From NCBI RefSeq assembly GCF_009914755.1, contig NC_060942.1: a DNA stretch of 64,000 bases, one strand, 5' to 3'. Source of the stretch: the human T2T-CHM13v2.0 reference genome, Homo sapiens. Under the pieces are notes generated by a model, which searched no databases, was not told the origin of the DNA, and saw only the letters and a list, made by a program, of their open reading frames with translations. Numbering within the stretch: the first letter of the stretch is position 1; every line of letters begins with the position of its first letter. Shown here piece by piece: positions 27,517 through 39,269 of this stretch. A program made the position numbers and the translations under genes.

Positions 27517-30500
27517 CCAATTCACTCATTTCATCATTAAGTTTGGTATTTCTTCCCTTTGGTAATCATTTTTAAAAATTTGTATAACTTTTTGAGTTGA
27601 AAGTTGAATTAGTTCACTTTCATTATTTCTTACTGAGTAAGGTATAGATTTCTCTCTGAACATATGTACTATGATATCCTAAAAGTTTATCTCTTCAGTG
27701 TTCTCATTATACTAAGTCTAGATTTTCTGAGATTCAGGTCTGGGTTCTCCTCTGATCCCATGATTGCTTAAGTGCTAGAGTGATAGTTATAAACGTTTTT
27801 GCATTTGTTCTAGGTGACTGGACTTTTTCTCAACAATTTCTTATTTCATTGCATTTTGATCAAAGAGTAGGTCTGATGTTTTGTTTTGAGAATTTACTGA
27901 GTTGTGTGTGGCCTAACGGTAGAGTTTTGAAAAGTGCTTTTAGGCAGATTTATTCTGTTTTCAACTTGATGTATATCTTTAGTCACTCTTCCTCCTTTTC
28001 TTAAATCATGTTATTCAGATTCTGTATATTCTTATGTCTGTTTTGCCTGTTTACTCCATCACTCTCTGAAATGGGTGAATTAAAGTCTCCTTATATTATT
28101 TTATTTCTCCTTATATTTTCTGCCATTGTACTTCCCAAAACATGATATTATACTCTTTAGTGAATAAAGACTATGTCTGTTTGAATCTCATCATAAAATT
28201 GAATCTTTTGTAGTGTAAAGAGCTCTCATTTACAGATGAAGAAATGAAGTTAGGAATAGTGGGGCGATTTGCCTCATACTGCAGAGTGAGCGGTCAGTCT
28301 GGATGTCCAGTTCAGGTGAGTTCCAGGCCTTAAACCTGACTAGTGAGACTGACACCCCCCACCCGCCACACACACACATTCACTCACAAAGGGGAACAGA
28401 CGTGAAAAGAAGAAAACATCTAAAATAATTTCCATCATTATTTTTGGGCTGACCGAACAATTCCAGGTAAATCCTGAATAGAGGGTGAGTTGTCCTATAA
28501 GTTTCCACTAAGAGCACCCAAAAATATATTAGATTTATCTGATACCCGCCCCCCCAACTTCTGAGCAGTAAATGCTCCTCTTCTATTTGTATTGTTTCAG
28601 GTTTGACACTTCAGTCATGTATGCTGTGCCCTGTGTCCCACACAGGAGTTCTAGGGCAAGAGGCCTTCACATTGTAACAATATCTGGCTCTCAATGTAAA
28701 TAATATAATTATTGGTTCTTCAATAAATTACCTGTGTATGTTTTATGACACAGAGGTAGATCAAGTCTTCTGGAGTCTGTGTTCTACTCATTTGGAAAAA
28801 AAAATTTCGTATCTAATCCTGGACCTTGACTCAAAAGTAAATTTACATCTTGTAGTCCCAATATTGTCATCTTTAAATATTCCTATGTTAACAAATACAC
28901 CTACTTCACTTTATTCTCTATGTAAATTCATGCAAATAAAATGTAAATTGTGTGCCAAAAGTCCTATTTTCATACAGATAAGAACTGATGCAATTTATTT
29001 CAAATAATAATTTATCCATATTCTACATGAATTCCATACAAGTTTGAGTATTATTGCTAACCCCCTATTTTAACAAAAACTAAAATAAACTTGTCTGACA
29101 TCCATCTAAAAAGGACACCCAGGGTCCACCTCACCTATCAAAGTGAGGTAGTATTTTCAAATGTCCTTAGCAATATTTTGATGTCATCGTTCTCTTTGTC
29201 AGCTGTACAAAATAAGATGCTGACAACTTATATTAAGAATACTGTTTACTTCCTTTCAAAACACCAAGGCTTCAATATCAGAATCAGAAATTCTGATTTG
29301 AAATGGTAAAAACAACATTCTGCTTGCAAGCACTCCACTGCCTGGGAGCATTTTCTAGAAAAGCAGCTGAAATTGCCACCTTCTTAAAGTGGAGCACTAC
29401 ATTTTCACGCTTTCCCCAGGGTTTGGAAGCAGAAGTCAACTAAGTTGTTTTATACCAGTCCCAGCCAAACCGGAGGGGCTTGGTCTTTTGTTCTGTTGTT
29501 TTCTTTTATTCTTCTTTTTCTTAAATATAAGAATATTTGTCTGAGAATCTTCTGGACTAGAGACTGCAAGAAGTGTCTTGTAAAATGATGCCTCTCTGGT
29601 AAAGGTACATATCTATGACAAGAGGAAAAAACCTTTTATTTTGGAATACACAAGTTTTACTCATTTAAATTCATTAGGAAACTCAAGCTAGAAATGATGA
29701 TTATATTAATAGTACACCTAGGAATCTGGGAGAATACAGCAAAGATTTAAAAATTTTATCTCTTCCTCACCATCTCTGACATAAAAGAACAAAATGTATA
29801 ATGATAACCTCAGGTGTTTTATGGAAAATTTCTAGCAGGCATGCATGTGTGTGTGCGCAAGTGCATGTATATAATATTCTCAAAAGATACTATCCAAGGT
29901 TGGTACTGAAGAACAACACTTTTAATCTTTTAGAGCTATATAAATTTAGACTATGACAGCAGTAAAAATATAAGAAAAATGCAGGGATTATGAATGATAT
30001 CAATTTTTTACAGTTAATTGCAAGAGAATTTTAGTAAATTCTTAAGTTGTACCACAGTTACATTTGTAAATTGATTAACTGGGTAAAAAACAGTGATTAT
30101 ATGATTAAAACAAGAGAGACATCCCCAGCATTTCCTAGAGCTAACCTACATTACTCATGATCCACACTCTCCAATGATACCCTTTCAGCCAACAGTAACT
30201 CCATCAAGGATTTATCCTCATTCCTTGAATACAAGGAATTTTGAATTCCTTGTATTAAGACAAAATAGTGTTTAATATAATAAAATTTGTTTGCATTTCC
30301 TTTCACAGATAAGTTAAAATGTATTTACCTGATGGTTTACATGTTTCATAACTCCCCTTTATAAAACGCAAGGTCGAGAAACATCCAGTTCTCTAATTTT
30401 TGTCTTCTCCATTCTAGATAGATGCTAGCTGCAGGTACTCATTGCCTTTCATTTTCATTTCTGAGACCCTGGAATCATGAAGCTTTTGGAGACCTTGCTC

Positions 30501-31265
30501 TTACTTGAGTTCGCTCTCTAATAATGAGGTCTGGAACTGGAGAAGAGCTGATAGAATTCATCACCCCAGCAGCCCTGAGCATGTGTGAGGCCTGGAGACA
30601 GGATCGCTTCTCAGGCCTGCTGTCTCCCTAAAAATGCCCCATTCTTCTCACTATCACACCTTCAGTATTTCATTTTTTTCTCTAAGCTTCATATAATGCT
30701 TTTCTTTAAACCTTTCTTTTTTATATTCTTCTCATTCATTCAGAAATTCTGAGGCCAACCTTTAAAGGCTACTTAGTAGATAAACTTAAGTCAAATATTC
30801 TCTTGATAATTAGATAATACAAAGAAGAACATCAATTAGACCCCATTTACATTATGTCAGATGAGAGAAAGTTCAGAGAAGCTGCTGGAACAAAGTGCAG
30901 CATGCCCATTGTGTCTGTGTCCACAGCCTTCTCAGAATCTAGTAGGGAGAGGTCAGTCAGAAACACACACGCCCAGCGCAGGAGGCAAGCTGGCTTTGCT
31001 GAAGTGGAAAGAGAGGCTTGTGTGAGATGCTCTGCTACCTTAAAAAGCAGTCCAAGAATGGTCGGTGTTATTTTAGCACCAGTTCCACGGGAGGGGTATC
31101 AGCAGAGAGCTCTAAGGGACAGACAAATTGCAATACCATGGTGTGACGAACTTTGACGATAATGATTCAAGTTTTGAAGGAGGCATTAAGATGGCCAGTC
31201 ACTTCACAGAAGTACCTGTCGCTCAAAATACTACAATGAGAGGGCACAGTGTGCCAGGCTCTCTG

Positions 31266-31390
31266 AGGGCTGTCTGACAGAACTCTCAGGGATGATGGAA
31301 CCGTTCCATATCTTTGCTGTCCAATACAGTAGCCACTAGTCACAAGGGCTGCTGAGCATGTGAAATATGGCCAAGCGTGTGTGAGGAACA
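31266..31390 (+). mobile_element. MER3 hAT-Charlie fragment
   Basis: gatgatggaaccgttccatatctttgctgtccaatacagtagccactagtcaca. Confidence 0.8.
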
Positions 31391-32079
31391 CAGAGGCAGG
31401 GGACTAACGAGTACCATAGTGGGTGTTACAGCTCTAGATCACACACACACACACACACACACACTCCCCCCACACACAAACAGAAGGCCTGAGGAAGATG
31501 ATCTCCATGGCTATATACTCCTAGTGCTTGTCTAGGAAGTGGCTCCATCAACTCCAGCAGAGTCCTCGCTAATACAGGGCACCCTCCTAATCATGGGCTT
31601 CTCCCCTCCTCTCCCCTTCCCTCCCTCATCTTTCCTTTTTCCTGGTTTCCTCCTCCCCTCACAGAGCACTAATGTTACAGCAGGTATAAGACATTGAACA
31701 GATTGTGAAAAAAAATGTGGGTAGCTAGGCAGACATGAGCAGGGCGGGAAAGGCCCCCTACCCCAGGAATGTCAGGCAACCATCAGGTGATGGTCAGGTG
31801 GTTGTTCGACTGTCTCTCTAAAATAATAATTGGTCACAGCTGGGAGGTGCCAGGGAAAGGCAGCCTCCCAGTAGATGGGAAACACCTGAAACTGGTACCA
31901 GCCGCTTCCTGATAAGATCTCAGGAGTTGGGTGAGTGGGCCCCAGCCTGTTCACTAAGAGGCAAAATGGTGGAGTTTAACTGGCACATGACCTTCCTCTA
32001 GGAACATTCAACTGGTAAGGGAAAAATGCCTCAAATGAGCACGTACACAATCTTCAGTAAACACATTGTGCATATGGCC

Positions 32080-34352
32080 TGTATTAGTCCATTTTCACTC
32101 TGCTGATAAAGACATACCCGAGACTGGGAAGGAAAAAGAGGTTCAGTTGGACATGCAGTTCCACATGGCTGGGGAGGCCTCATATTCATGGCAGAGGGTG
32201 AAAGGCACTTCTTACATGGTGGGAGCAAGAGAAAGTGAGGGAGAAACCAAAGCAGAAACCCCTGATAAACCCATCAGATATCGTGAGACTTGTTCACTAT
32301 CACAAGAATAGCATGGGAAAGACCTGCCCCCATGATTCAATTACTTCCCCCTGGGTCCTTCCCACAACACTCGGGAATTCTGAGAGATACAATTCAAGTT
32401 GAGATTTCAGAGGGGACACAGCCAAACCATATCATTCCACCCCGGCCCCTCCAAATCTCAGGTCCTCACATTTCAAAACCCATCATGCCTTCCCAACAGT
32501 TCCCCAAAGTCTTAACTCATTTCAGCATTAACCCAAAAGTCCACAGTCCAAAGTCTCATCTGAAACATAGCAAGTCCCTTCTGCCTATGAGCCTGTAAAA
32601 TCAAAAGCAAGCTAGTTACTTCCTAGATACAATGGGGGTACAGGTACTGGGTAAATACAGCTGTTCCAAATGGGAGAAATTGGCCAAAACAAAGGGGTTA
32701 CAGGGCCCATGCAAGTCTGATATCCAGCAGGGCAGTCAAATTTTAAAGCTCTCAAATGATCTCCTTTGACTCCAGGTCTCACATCCAAGCCACGCTGATG
32801 CAACAGGTGGGTTCCTATGGTCTTGGGCAGCTCCACCCCTGTGGCTTTGCAGGGTACAGCCTCCCTCCTGGCTGCTTTCATAGGCTGGTGTTGAGTGCCT
32901 GCAGCCTTTCCAGGTGCATGGTACAAGCTGTCAGCGGATCTACCATTCTGGGGTCTGGAGGACAGAGGCCCTCTTCTCACAGCTCCACTAGGCAGTGCCC
33001 CAGTAGGGACTCGGTGTGGGGGCTCTGACCCCACATTTCCCTTCCACACTGCCCTAGCAGAGGTTCTCCATGAGATCCCTGCCCCTGCAGCAAACTTTTG
33101 CTTGGGCATCCAGGCATTTCCATACATCTTCTTAAATCTAGGCGGAGGTTCCCAAACCTCAATCTTGACTTCCATACACCCACAGGCTCAACACCATGTG
33201 GAAGCTGCCAAGGCTTGGGACTTCCACCCTCTGAAGCCATAGCCCAAGCCTTATGTTGGCCCCTTTCAGCCACAGCTGGAGCAGCTGGGAAACAGGGTAC
33301 CAAGACTCTAGGCTGCACACAACTGGGCCCAACCCACAAAACCACTTTTTCCTCCTGGGCCTCCAGGCCTGTGATGGGAGAGGGTGCCGTAAAGGTCCCT
33401 GACATGGCCTGGAGACATTTTCCCCATGGTCTTGGGGATTATCATTAGGCTCCTTGCTACTTATGCAAATTTCTGCAGCCAGCTTGAATTTCTCCTCAAA
33501 AAATGGGTTTTTCTTTTCTACTGCATCATCAGGCTGCAAATTTTCTGAACTTTTATGCTCTGTTTTCCTTTTAAAATGGGATGCTTTTAACAGCACCCAA
33601 GTCAACTTTTGAATGCTTTGCTGCTTAGAAATTTCTTCCACCAGATACCCTAAATCATCTTTCTCAAGTTCAAAGTTCCACAAATCTCTAGGGCAAGGGC
33701 AAGATGCTGCCAGTCTCTTTGCTAAAACATAACAAGAGTCACCTTTGCTCCAGTTCCCAACAAGTTCCTCATCTCCATCTGAGACCACCTCAGCCTTATT
33801 GTTCATATCACTATCAGCATTTTTGTCAAAGCCACTCGACAAGTCTCTGGGAGGTTCCAAACTTTACCACATTTTCCTGTCTTCTTCTGAGCCCTCCAAA
33901 CTGTTCCAACCTCTGCCCTTTACACAGTTCCAAAGTTGTTTCCACATTTGCTTGTACCTTTTCAGCAGTGTCCCACTCTAATGGTACCAATTGTACTGTA
34001 TTATTCTGTTTTCACACTGCTGATAAAGACATACAGGGGACTGGGAAAGAAAAAGAGGTTTAATTGGACTTACAGTTCCACATGGCTGGGGAAGCCTCAG
34101 AATCATGGTGGGAGGTGAAAGGCACATCTTACATGGTGGCAGCAAGGGAAAATGAGGAAGAAAGCAAAAGTGGAAACCCCTGATAAACCCATCAGATCTT
34201 GTGAGACTTATTCACTATCACAAGAATAGCACGGGAAATACTGGGCCCCATGATTCAATTACCTCTCCCTGGGTCCCTCCCACAACATGTGGGAATTTTG
34301 GGAGATACAATTCAAGTTGAGATTTGAGTGAGGATACAGCCAAACCATATCA
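32080..34352 (-). mobile_element. Full-length THE1A-like MaLR provirus (3' LTR 32080-32434, internal 32435-33996, 5' LTR 33997-34352)
   Basis: Two similar LTRs (tgtatta...ccaaaccatatca) flank a 1.56-kb THE1 internal region carrying the residual 233-aa ORF 33159-33860. The 5-bp TSD is tggcc/cagcc. Confidence 0.95.
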
Positions 34353-34418
34353 CAGCCCCTCCCAAGTGCTGGCAGGCCACTGCACATGTGGACAGTCCAC
34401 TCCAAGGAAGAATCAGGG

Positions 34419-34983
34419 TGACTCAGGAGAATAGGGTCTGGAGGCAGGGAACCTAAGGCCAATTCACGCTGACTTCCTAGAACTAAACGAAAAGAAAACC
34501 CCCAACTTTCCACACTAAAGTAACAAAAGGACCAGAGGCTACTCCCTTTGCACCCCTCACCCCCTGCTTTTCTGCATGAAAGATGGAAAATTGAAAGTAT
34601 CTCTGATTGGTTGTAGACAGCAACCAGATGTGGAGAGCAACCAATCAGATGTTTGCATAGGAGTGTAACTTTGCAACTTCACTTCAGCCTCTGATTGGTT
34701 GCTTTCCACAACCGATCAGACTGACTGTGGCCCACTACTTCACCTACATAGAGTGTACCAAGTAACCAATGGGAAACCTTTAGAGGGTATTTAACCCCCC
34801 TAAAAATTCTGTAATGGGGATCTTGAGGCCCTGTGCTTGGGTGTGCTCCCACTCTATGGAGTGTACTTTCACTTTCAATACATCTCTGCTTTCATTGCTT
34901 CATTCTTTCCTTGCTTTGTTTGTGTGTTTTGTCCATTTCTTTGTGCCAGACACCAAGAACTTGGACACCCTCCACCAGTAACG
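34419..34983 (+). mobile_element. MER51-like ERV1 solo LTR
   Basis: tgactcaggagaatagggtctggaggcagggaacctaaggcc...ttggacaccctccaccagtaac, with repeated CCAAT boxes and a 4-bp TSD aggg/agga. Confidence 0.85.
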
Positions 34984-36299
34984 AGGACAGAAGAAATGCA
35001 GCGCCTAGAATTATGCCAATGTATAAAAACCCCAAGGCAAGGCCTAAATGGCTCACTTGACTTTCTCAAGTTGCCCTCCTGGCCTTCTTCCAAGTGCACT
35101 TTACTTCCTTTTGCTCCTGCTCTAAAACTTTTTAATAACATTTCACTCTTGCTCAAAAACTTGCTTTGGTCTCTCACTCTGCCTTATGCCCCTGGGACAA
35201 ACTCTTTCCTCTGAGGAGGCAAGAATTGAGTTACTGCAGACTCCTTACAGACTTGACACTGCTGGGACTAAGACATCTCCTCCGGGTCCAGCTCCACATT
35301 CACAGTCTGAGTCCCACAGATTTTCACAAGTCGCCAAGCAGTCTTCATGTCTTTCTTTTTTTATGAATGCTATATTTTTTTCTTTTAAGTGTTAATAGAT
35401 TTACACATATCACATTTATATTCATGTATGTGATTTGGGAGTGCTTATCACTATTACAGTGGCATTTCCTTTTATTCAGTTAAAAATGTTTTAGGCACTA
35501 GTTTCCAGGATTGCCTGATAAAGCATGGACTTCCTGTATTATGCTTAGATCCTTTATTCAAACAAATGTTTTCTTGCTTCATGTATTATATGACTTATTC
35601 TTTTCTCTTTACAGTAAACTTTTCTATGTTTGTTTACATATTTGTGTATTTGAACAAATTTGATATTAATTCTTTCAGTCTTAATTTATATATGTTTCTA
35701 GATCACCAATATAAATAATTTATCTATACATTATTTACCAATTGATGAGGATAGACAAAGAAGCAAAGGCTTACATATTTATTCGTATTATTTTTCTTCA
35801 AAAGCAACATCTGTTCATATGGATATTGTCAAATAATTAAAACATGGGCATATTCTGCAACATAACTTCACACTAGTTTTCTATTCTTTTATAGAATTAA
35901 CTCCAAATGAATAAGAAAGACAGAAAAAGAAATAGAGGCAAGAAATAGAAAATGAGTAGAAAAGGCAAGAGGCTCTGGAATTTCTCTAGAAGAAAGCAAG
36001 TCTCAGGACAGGGTGGTGGGTGTGTATGACAGTGTGCATTTGGTAGGAAAATTATTAGAAAACAGAGATTCTGGGACATGAAGTGGGTCTGGGAAATGCC
36101 TCATAATTCCAAGAAGGTTCTAGAAGGGCAGAGTTGGCAGGCAGAGGAAAATGTCAAGGAAAGGCCTCAGCAACACAGAGGTGGGAGTGTCACAGGGGCA
36201 GCTGGCTCCATGAGACTCATTTATGATGCTCCATGTAGCTGCTAATCTGCAGAATGTTTCCATTCATCCAGGAAATAACTTAAATAAGAAAAATGTTAC

Positions 36300-36402
36300 C
36301 TGTGATGTCCCGAATAACGTGGACCACGGATATGGCCTATTCCTCGGCACCCGGGAGTAGGACAGACAGCTTGACCTGGAAGGATCTTCAGGTCATTCGT
36401 TC
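36300..36402 (-). CDS. L3MBTL4: Internal coding exon (103 nt, phase 1 in, phase 2 out) of lethal(3)malignant brain tumor-like 4, encoding the linker after the third MBT repeat and most of the CCHHC (C2HC) zinc finger
   Basis: Minus strand reads ttcttttacttcctgaag|GA ACG AAT GAC CTG AAG ATC CTT CCA GGT CAA GCT GTC TGT CCT ACT CCC GGG TGC CGA GGA ATA GGC CAT ATC CGT GGT CCA CGT TAT TCG GGA CAT CAC AG|gtaaca. This translates to (R)TNDLKILPGQAVCPTPGCRGIGHIRGPRYSGHH(S), matching my recall of L3MBTL4 ...VPQRTNDLKILPGQAVCPTPGCRGIGHIRGPRYSGHHSAFGCPYS. It has AG/GT boundaries and local CpG enrichment. Confidence 0.95.
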
Positions 36403-36660
36403 CTTCAGGAAGTAAAAGAACATGCCTTGAAAACACCCTCATTAAAGAAGACTGCAAATCTGAAATATGTAAATGATGCTAATTATGACTTTACAAATTA
36501 AAAACAAACCATCACCAAAAACCACTTACAGGTGACTTACGATGTATTATTAATATTAAATTATTTAGCAGAAAATACCAGTGCTGTGATAAATAACACC
36601 AACAGCACAACCCATATCAGAGAGAGAGGAAAATGAATAAATGAATAGGCATTGAAGAAT

Positions 36661-36942
36661 TTCTTTTTTTATTTTTGAGACTAAGTCTCACTCTGTTGCC
36701 CAGGCTGGAATGCAGTGGCGCATCTCGGCTCACTGCAACCTCTGCCTCCCGAGTTCAAGCAATTCTCCTGCCTCAGCCTCCTGAGTAGCTGGAATTGCAG
36801 GCAAGCACCACCACGCCCAGCTAATTTTTGTATTTTTAGTAGAGACAGGGTTTCACCACGTTGGCCAGGCTGGTCTCGAACTCCTGACCTCAGGCAATCT
36901 GCCCACCTCAGCCTCCCAAAGTACTGGGATTACAGGTGTGAG
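36661..36942 (-). mobile_element. AluS, slightly 5'-truncated, about 260 nt upstream of the exon in transcript orientation
   Basis: Reverse-complement Alu that ends at gattacaggtgtgag without the terminal ccac...gcc. Confidence 0.95.
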
Positions 36943-37206
36943 AAATTTTTAAAAATAGATATGAGAACATTCACTTATTTCTTTCAGAGATTAATAATGG
37001 CAAAGACAATACAGCCACGAGCTGAGAATGCGAATACGTAAGGTCTGCTTTCTGGTCCTCAGTGAAGCCTCCACTCAACCACAGCAAGGATCTTAGAATA
37101 CTGGACAGAAACTGGGCCAGCAAATGGGGCGTGCTGAAGATGGCAAACATGGCCCCACAGCACACTTACTCAAGTGGCTTTCAAAGCTAGGCAAAGAAAG
37201 AACTGA

Positions 37207-37480
37207 CATTATGCTACTCTATACTACTGCTCTACTGTACCATATGCTATGCAGTACTATACGCTACACTGTACTATATGCTACATCATACACTATACTG
37301 TACCATACACTACACCATACTATATGCTACACTGTACTATATACTATGCTATATACTACACTGTACTATAAGCTACAGTGTACTATATACTATACTCTAT
37401 GCTACACCATACTATATGCTACACTGTGCTATATTGTACTATATACCGTACTGTACTGCATTGCAATGCACTGTACTCTA
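37207..37480. repeat. Degenerate (TATAC/TACAC)n pentanucleotide satellite
   Basis: Five-base periodicity: tatac tatgc tacac tgtac catac... Confidence 0.9.
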
Positions 37481-39159
37481 ACCATGCCAAGCATTCTGTC
37501 AAGCCCAAGAGGCAGTCTACATCTCAATATTATCAGTAGCAAAACCTCCATGCCCTGTTCTGTGATCTTCCTCAGTATTCTCCGCCCCCTAAACACACAT
37601 GCACACACACACACACATACACATGTGCACACACACACACGCACACTCACACATATCAGTTCCTGGAACGTCCCATCCCATACCTCCTGCTGTTCTGGGC
37701 CTTACTTCTCTGACAATCCCACACTTTCCTTCTCCCCTCCCAGCTCTCAGACTTCCATTTCCTGTTCAACAAATTCCCTACTTCCTCCTCCTCATCTCAA
37801 TATTCCCCATTTCCCAGCCCTGGTTTCATGGGGCTGAAGACATGGCTTCCCACAGCCCTCCACAGGGGTCACATGCCTCCAGAGAGGCAGGGAAGTCAGG
37901 GACCGTCTTCCTCTCTGTGCCTCCTCAGGGCCACACCTCTGAGGCTCCTCTTCTGAGTCTGATGCCTTGGGCTTCCACTATCTGCCCACTGTTTCCACAT
38001 CACTCAGGGAAGACTTTGGCACTGGCTCTCCATGTTCTGCTCTGTCCCAACTCTGGCAAATGCTCAGGCACACTCAGGCCCCATGTGCTCACCCTGCCAC
38101 TCTGCCACCCCAGCACGTCAGTCACTTCCTCGAGCTAGTGGCCCCCAACCCATCTGGGCCACACAAACAAAACCCTCTGGGTCTTGTCATCACCCAAAAT
38201 GGCTTTGCTTCTAAAGCCCCACCTGACCACAAAATCGTATCCTCCCATACTGCGTGATCAGGTGCCCAACTGCTGCTGATGTTTTCAACATCAGTGGAGG
38301 TTCCAGGCCACTAATTTCCCTTCTTCTCTTCCTCAGCCCCTTCTGAGGGGCCATAACCCACTTCCCTTGTCTAACTTAGATTCTATCAACTGTTATTTGA
38401 CCCTCTGCTGCTAGGAACTTAAACTCCCTTGCTCTCTGACTTTTCAATCATGTCTGGCTGTGGCGCGAAGGTGGGAAAGAGCCAACCATGGATGGCCCGA
38501 AACAACCTGCTGCTCTATGTTTTGCATAACTAAGTTCTCCTGGGAAAAAAATGCACATTGTGCAGACGAGGTGTTATCAAAACACCGGTGTCCCACACTG
38601 CCACTGGCCTGCACCCTCAGCCCTGCTGAGGACCAGGAGCCCATGGACAGAGCAGAGCGCCTCCTCACCGCCTGCCCAGCACTTCCCCTCCTTCCTTTCC
38701 ACTGCAGTGTGGGACGCACTTTCCCCTCTCCAAAGCAAATCCCTCACCATCTGTGCTTGATCTCATCACCTCCCATTCTCCAGGATCTGTAAGCTATGAG
38801 GTATTTTAATCACTCCTTGACTATTGACCAACATTTAAACATACTCCAGTTTCTCCATCATAAAAACAAAGACAAAAGAGAAAACAAAAGCTTACAACTC
38901 TACTTAGATCCCACATCCCCTCTTAGCTGCTGTTCCCTGCTTCTTGTTCAGAGCAAACCTCTCAAAGTAATTATCTCCTTCTCCTCAGGGCTCCTTTCCT
39001 GAGGCACATTTGTTTTAATATCACCACACACTGGGACCTAGACTCAGTCAGTATTTTCATGAAATCTAATTACACTGTAACACAAATTTATGGTTTATAT
39101 ATAAGCTTCTTTTCTAGACTATGAGTGCCTCTGAAAGGAAGAACTATGGAATACTCACC

Positions 39160-39216
39160 TATTCCGCAAGCACTTACTGAGCACTAACTGTGTGCTCAGT
39201 AAGTGCTTGCGGAATA
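39160..39216. repeat. Perfect 25-bp inverted repeat with a 7-nt loop
   Basis: tattccgcaagcacttactgagcac-taactgt-gtgctcagtaagtgcttgcggaata. Confidence 0.97.
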
Positions 39217-39269
39217 AGTATTTACTGAAACTACATACTGTACTATGTGCTACAGGATGTAGTTCAATA

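Larger units (their letters stand above)
31724..35265 (+). mobile_element. MER50-like ERV1 solo LTR split into three pieces (about 31724-32079, 34353-34418, 34984-35265) by nested insertions
   Basis: gtagctaggcagacatgagcagggc...ccaggaatgtcaggcaaccatcaggtgatggtcagg. It resumes at cccctcccaagtgctggcaggccactg and again at atgccaatgtataaaaaccccaag...tgaggaggcaagaattgag. Confidence 0.85.

Noticed and set aside
32612-33860. 233-, 187- and 142-aa ORFs
   Set aside because: They are fragmented THE1 internal-region ORFs, expected in MaLR copies.
37124-37837. 237-aa Tyr/Thr-rich ORF (longest in the track)
   Set aside because: It reads through the (TATAC)n and (CA)n repeats and L2 sequence, so it is not a credible gene.
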